Assembly: GCF_018350175.1 (NCBI RefSeq)
Contig: NC_058368.1
Coordinates: 9,920,001 to 9,984,000 of the forward strand
DNA: 64,000 nt
Reading direction: 5' to 3'
Source of the DNA: Felis catus
Lineage: Eukaryota
A model generated the notes under the pieces. The model was not told where the DNA came from, did no database searches, and was given only the letters and a program-made list of their open reading frames with translations. This document shows, in pieces, positions 61,326-64,000 of this stretch. How positions within the stretch are numbered: position 1 is the first letter of the stretch; every line of letters begins with the position of its first letter. A program made the translations under genes and the position numbers.

Positions 61326-61776
61326 TGTTAAAACATAAAATTCAACCGAATAAATTGGAAGACCTAATCGGCTTCATTAAAGGATTCACGAATCCAGCAT
61401 CCCATCTAGCAAGTGGGGGGGGGGGGAGGAGAGAGGGGGGCAGAGGGGTTGTACAAAATGGAAGGTTTTTATAGGAAGGAGGGTGAGGCAAGAAAGTTGT
61501 TAGCAAAAGAAAAGGATTTTTCCGGGCAAGGTTTCTTTGCCTTAGAGAGGAGAGGAGGGGCCCTTATCCTGCAGACCTCACCTTCCTTCCATCCCCCACG
61601 TGGGAGAGGGCCCATGCGACCCATGACTGCCTTGGCTCGGATCAGAAAATTCCTGACTACAGATTAAGACTGCATTTTGGAGGGAGATGGAAATTGCTAT
61701 CAGGTTAGATAGGAAGCCTGGTTTGGGGACTTGGCCTAACTGATGCCATTTTGGGTGTGTGGTTTTCTTTTTAACA
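61326..61776 (-). mobile_element. ERV1-type solo LTR (451 bp) in ALOX5AP intron 3, probably antisense
   Basis: TGTTAAAA...TTTTAACA inverted termini and a near-perfect 4-bp TSD (ACCT/ATCT). Orientation is inferred from recalled LTR layout. Confidence 0.7.
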
Positions 61777-62900
61777 ATCTTTTCTTTGGCTTACTTGATG
61801 TTTATTAATTCACTTAACAAATAATTTTTGAAAGCCACTATGTGCCAGGCGCCATGCCAAGCACAGAGATGATGGCTGGCCAAAGATGTGTGTCCTCATG
61901 GGTCTTTTGGTCTGGTAAGTGCAGCTGGGCAAACTGACTTCCTTGAGCCTAAATTTCCTCATCTGCCCAGTGGCGACAGTGATACGCTCTTTACCAGGGG
62001 GCTGGGAGGATTGGAGACCCAAGTACCCAAAGTGCCTGGGGGCAGTGCCTGACATATAAAAAGCACTCTGTCGACACAATTAATTTGGCATTTGAATAAT
62101 GCTGGGAGGTCTTCAGGGTGCTTTTATACCCATCACTTATATCACCCTCATAATTATTCCTGAGAGGTAGGAAAGCTGCAATCACCCCTTTGTCCAGAGG
62201 TAGAATGAGTTAAGTATTAGCTCTTGATCCGAATGGTTCTTGTGAGGTTGGGTTTTCTAACTCTCAAATCCAAGGTCCAGGACTCCCGATGCTCACGGGT
62301 GCTCCTCAGGGGACTAGAAAGCAAAGGGAATCTCCTTCCCTAGAGATGTTTTCTGAATTGGCAGCAATTTTTCAGAAAAGGTTGAGCATTGCACTGCCTG
62401 GTGGCCCAGAGGGGAAGGGTATACTTTTAAGAGAGCCAGCCTAGAGCTGGGTTTGGGGTTCCGGGTCTGGTTCCCCATCCCCTGCCCCGGACCACATCAC
62501 ACACACACGCGCGCACACATACACACCAACACACACACCACCCATCCCACCTGGCAGTCTTACACAAGCCCTTTGACCCCTGAAGCCCAAGTTTTCACAT
62601 CTCGAATAAGCAAAGATGATACTGGTCATGTGCGAAGGATTCAGATTACATGATGGGCAGGAAAACACTTTGTAAACTGTACCACGACGCCCATAGAAAG
62701 TAACATTACTATCATCGAGGTTCTAGGTTTCTACCAGCCCTGGGCATTTGCTGAAGTTCAGCCCCAGCTGCCAGCACTTGAGGCTTCTGCTAGATTTTTC
62801 GACCAACATTCGTTGTATAATGACTGGATTAATACCATGCTAACTTAGCATGTTCCGGCATCTGTGAAACTCACACGGGTGTTTCCCTTTCTCCACTTAG

Positions 62901-62982
62901 TTCCCGCCGCCTTTGCTGGCCTGATGTACCTGTTCGTGAGGCAAAAATACTTCGTCGGCTACCTGGGGGAGAGAACTCAGAG
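62901..62982 (+). CDS. ALOX5AP: ALOX5AP coding exon 4, 82 nt: (V)PAAFAGLMYLFVRQKYFVGYLGERTQ(S); the final exon lies beyond the window
   Basis: Acceptor tttccctttctccacttag|TT and donor CAGAG|gtaggc. In frame with exon 3. Confidence 0.98.
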
Positions 62983-63672
62983 GTAGGCCACTGGGACTGT
63001 TTAAGAACCAGGGTGTGAGCCACGCTTTTTGAGCAAGAAGAGGGATCGTTCACCACCATATTCTGCCCAAGATTTAAGGCTCTGGGCGGCGGGGGGGGGG
63101 TGTCACTCGGGGCTGGAGGGTGAGGGCTATAGTATCCCTCCCCCTTTTCCCCCTGAACTTTGCGGGCTCGGCGAATACCGCCGGGGGACTTGATTCCTAC
63201 GCCCAGTAACAAATTCCTCCACATGGCGTCGGGCCCACGAAGGATGCTTTCACACCGCACGCTGCCCATTCTGCACCCCCTCTGCCCCCTGCTCTACTCC
63301 CACCCTTCAGAGTCTGACTTTCTGGGTCTGGCTTCCCAAGGCCTCCGGTGAGTGAAGCATTTCATTGTTTGCCTAAAGAAATGAGAACTAAAACGTGCCC
63401 CTTGTGATCAGTTCTCTCGAGTAACAGATTTTCCAGGGACCAGCAGGAAGAATGTTGCGAAAATAGGACGCACGAACACTCAGAGGACGGAGCCTGTGAA
63501 TAGAGTCCCCGTTGCACTGCTGATGGAGGCTGCCAGACAGAAAGCCCCAGAGCAGCAGCTATAACTTTGGCTACACCCGGTTTGGGAAATCCGGATTTCC
63601 ATAAAATAAATGAGGATACTTACAGGAGACATGTTATAGTCTGCCACCAGTTCCTCAGGATTCTTGTTAGAA

Positions 63673-63888
63673 TTTTATTTATTTATTTATTTTTTGAGAG
63701 AAAGAGAGAGTGAGTGAGCAGCAGAGGGGCAGAGAGAGGCGGAGAGGGCGAGAGAGAATCCCAAGCAGGCTCCGCGTGGCCAGCGCAGAGCCCGATGTGG
63801 GGCTTGAACTCGTGAACCGTGAGATCGTGACCTGAGCTGAAATCAAGAGTCGGACGCTTAACTGACTGAGCCACCCCCAGGCGCTCCC
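63673..63888 (-). mobile_element. CanSINE in intron 4
   Basis: SINEC body on the minus strand. Confidence 0.92.
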
Positions 63889-64000
63889 GCTTCTTTCGAA
63901 TTCTTAATGTACCAGCAGGGCTCCAGGAGCCAGGCGTGTGTTCTGGGAGGCTGCCGCCTGCCCGAGTGGTGACTCCAGCCCTCCCCTCCATTTTTCTCCC

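Noticed and set aside
63000..64000. Search for ALOX5AP exon 5 (STPGYIFGKRIILFLF...)
   Set aside because: Not found; the window ends in intron 4.

Overview
Mammalian genomic DNA, carnivore and almost certainly felid, judging from about 30 CanSINEs (several young SINEC_Fc-type), carnivore L1 3' ends, MaLR/ERV LTRs, Tigger1 and MER5A. The only protein-coding gene I can support is ALOX5AP (FLAP, 5-lipoxygenase-activating protein, MAPEG family) on the + strand. Coding exons 1-4 lie at 42181-42250, 48504-48603, 58568-58638 and 62901-62982, all GT-AG and in frame, giving 107 codons plus 2 nt. The last exon lies beyond the window. The first ~42 kb is repeat-rich upstream DNA, and almost all ORF-track entries are spurious (SINE, L1 or GC-rich frames). 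I see no prokaryote-style system such as CRISPR or an operon. The best second-look items are: (1) a 40-codon ORF at 28786-28908 that matches, from memory, the distal first exon of the long human FLAP isoform but ends in a stop here; (2) a ~175-bp inverted duplication in intron 2, ~88% identical in its core and capped by an 18-bp palindrome; (3) a nested hairpin and tandem-copy scar inside an intronic L1; (4) a promoter poly(A)21 next to a perfect PU.1 site; (5) human-like Gly24. Repeat family names come from recalled consensus features, not a database search, and repeat boundaries are approximate.
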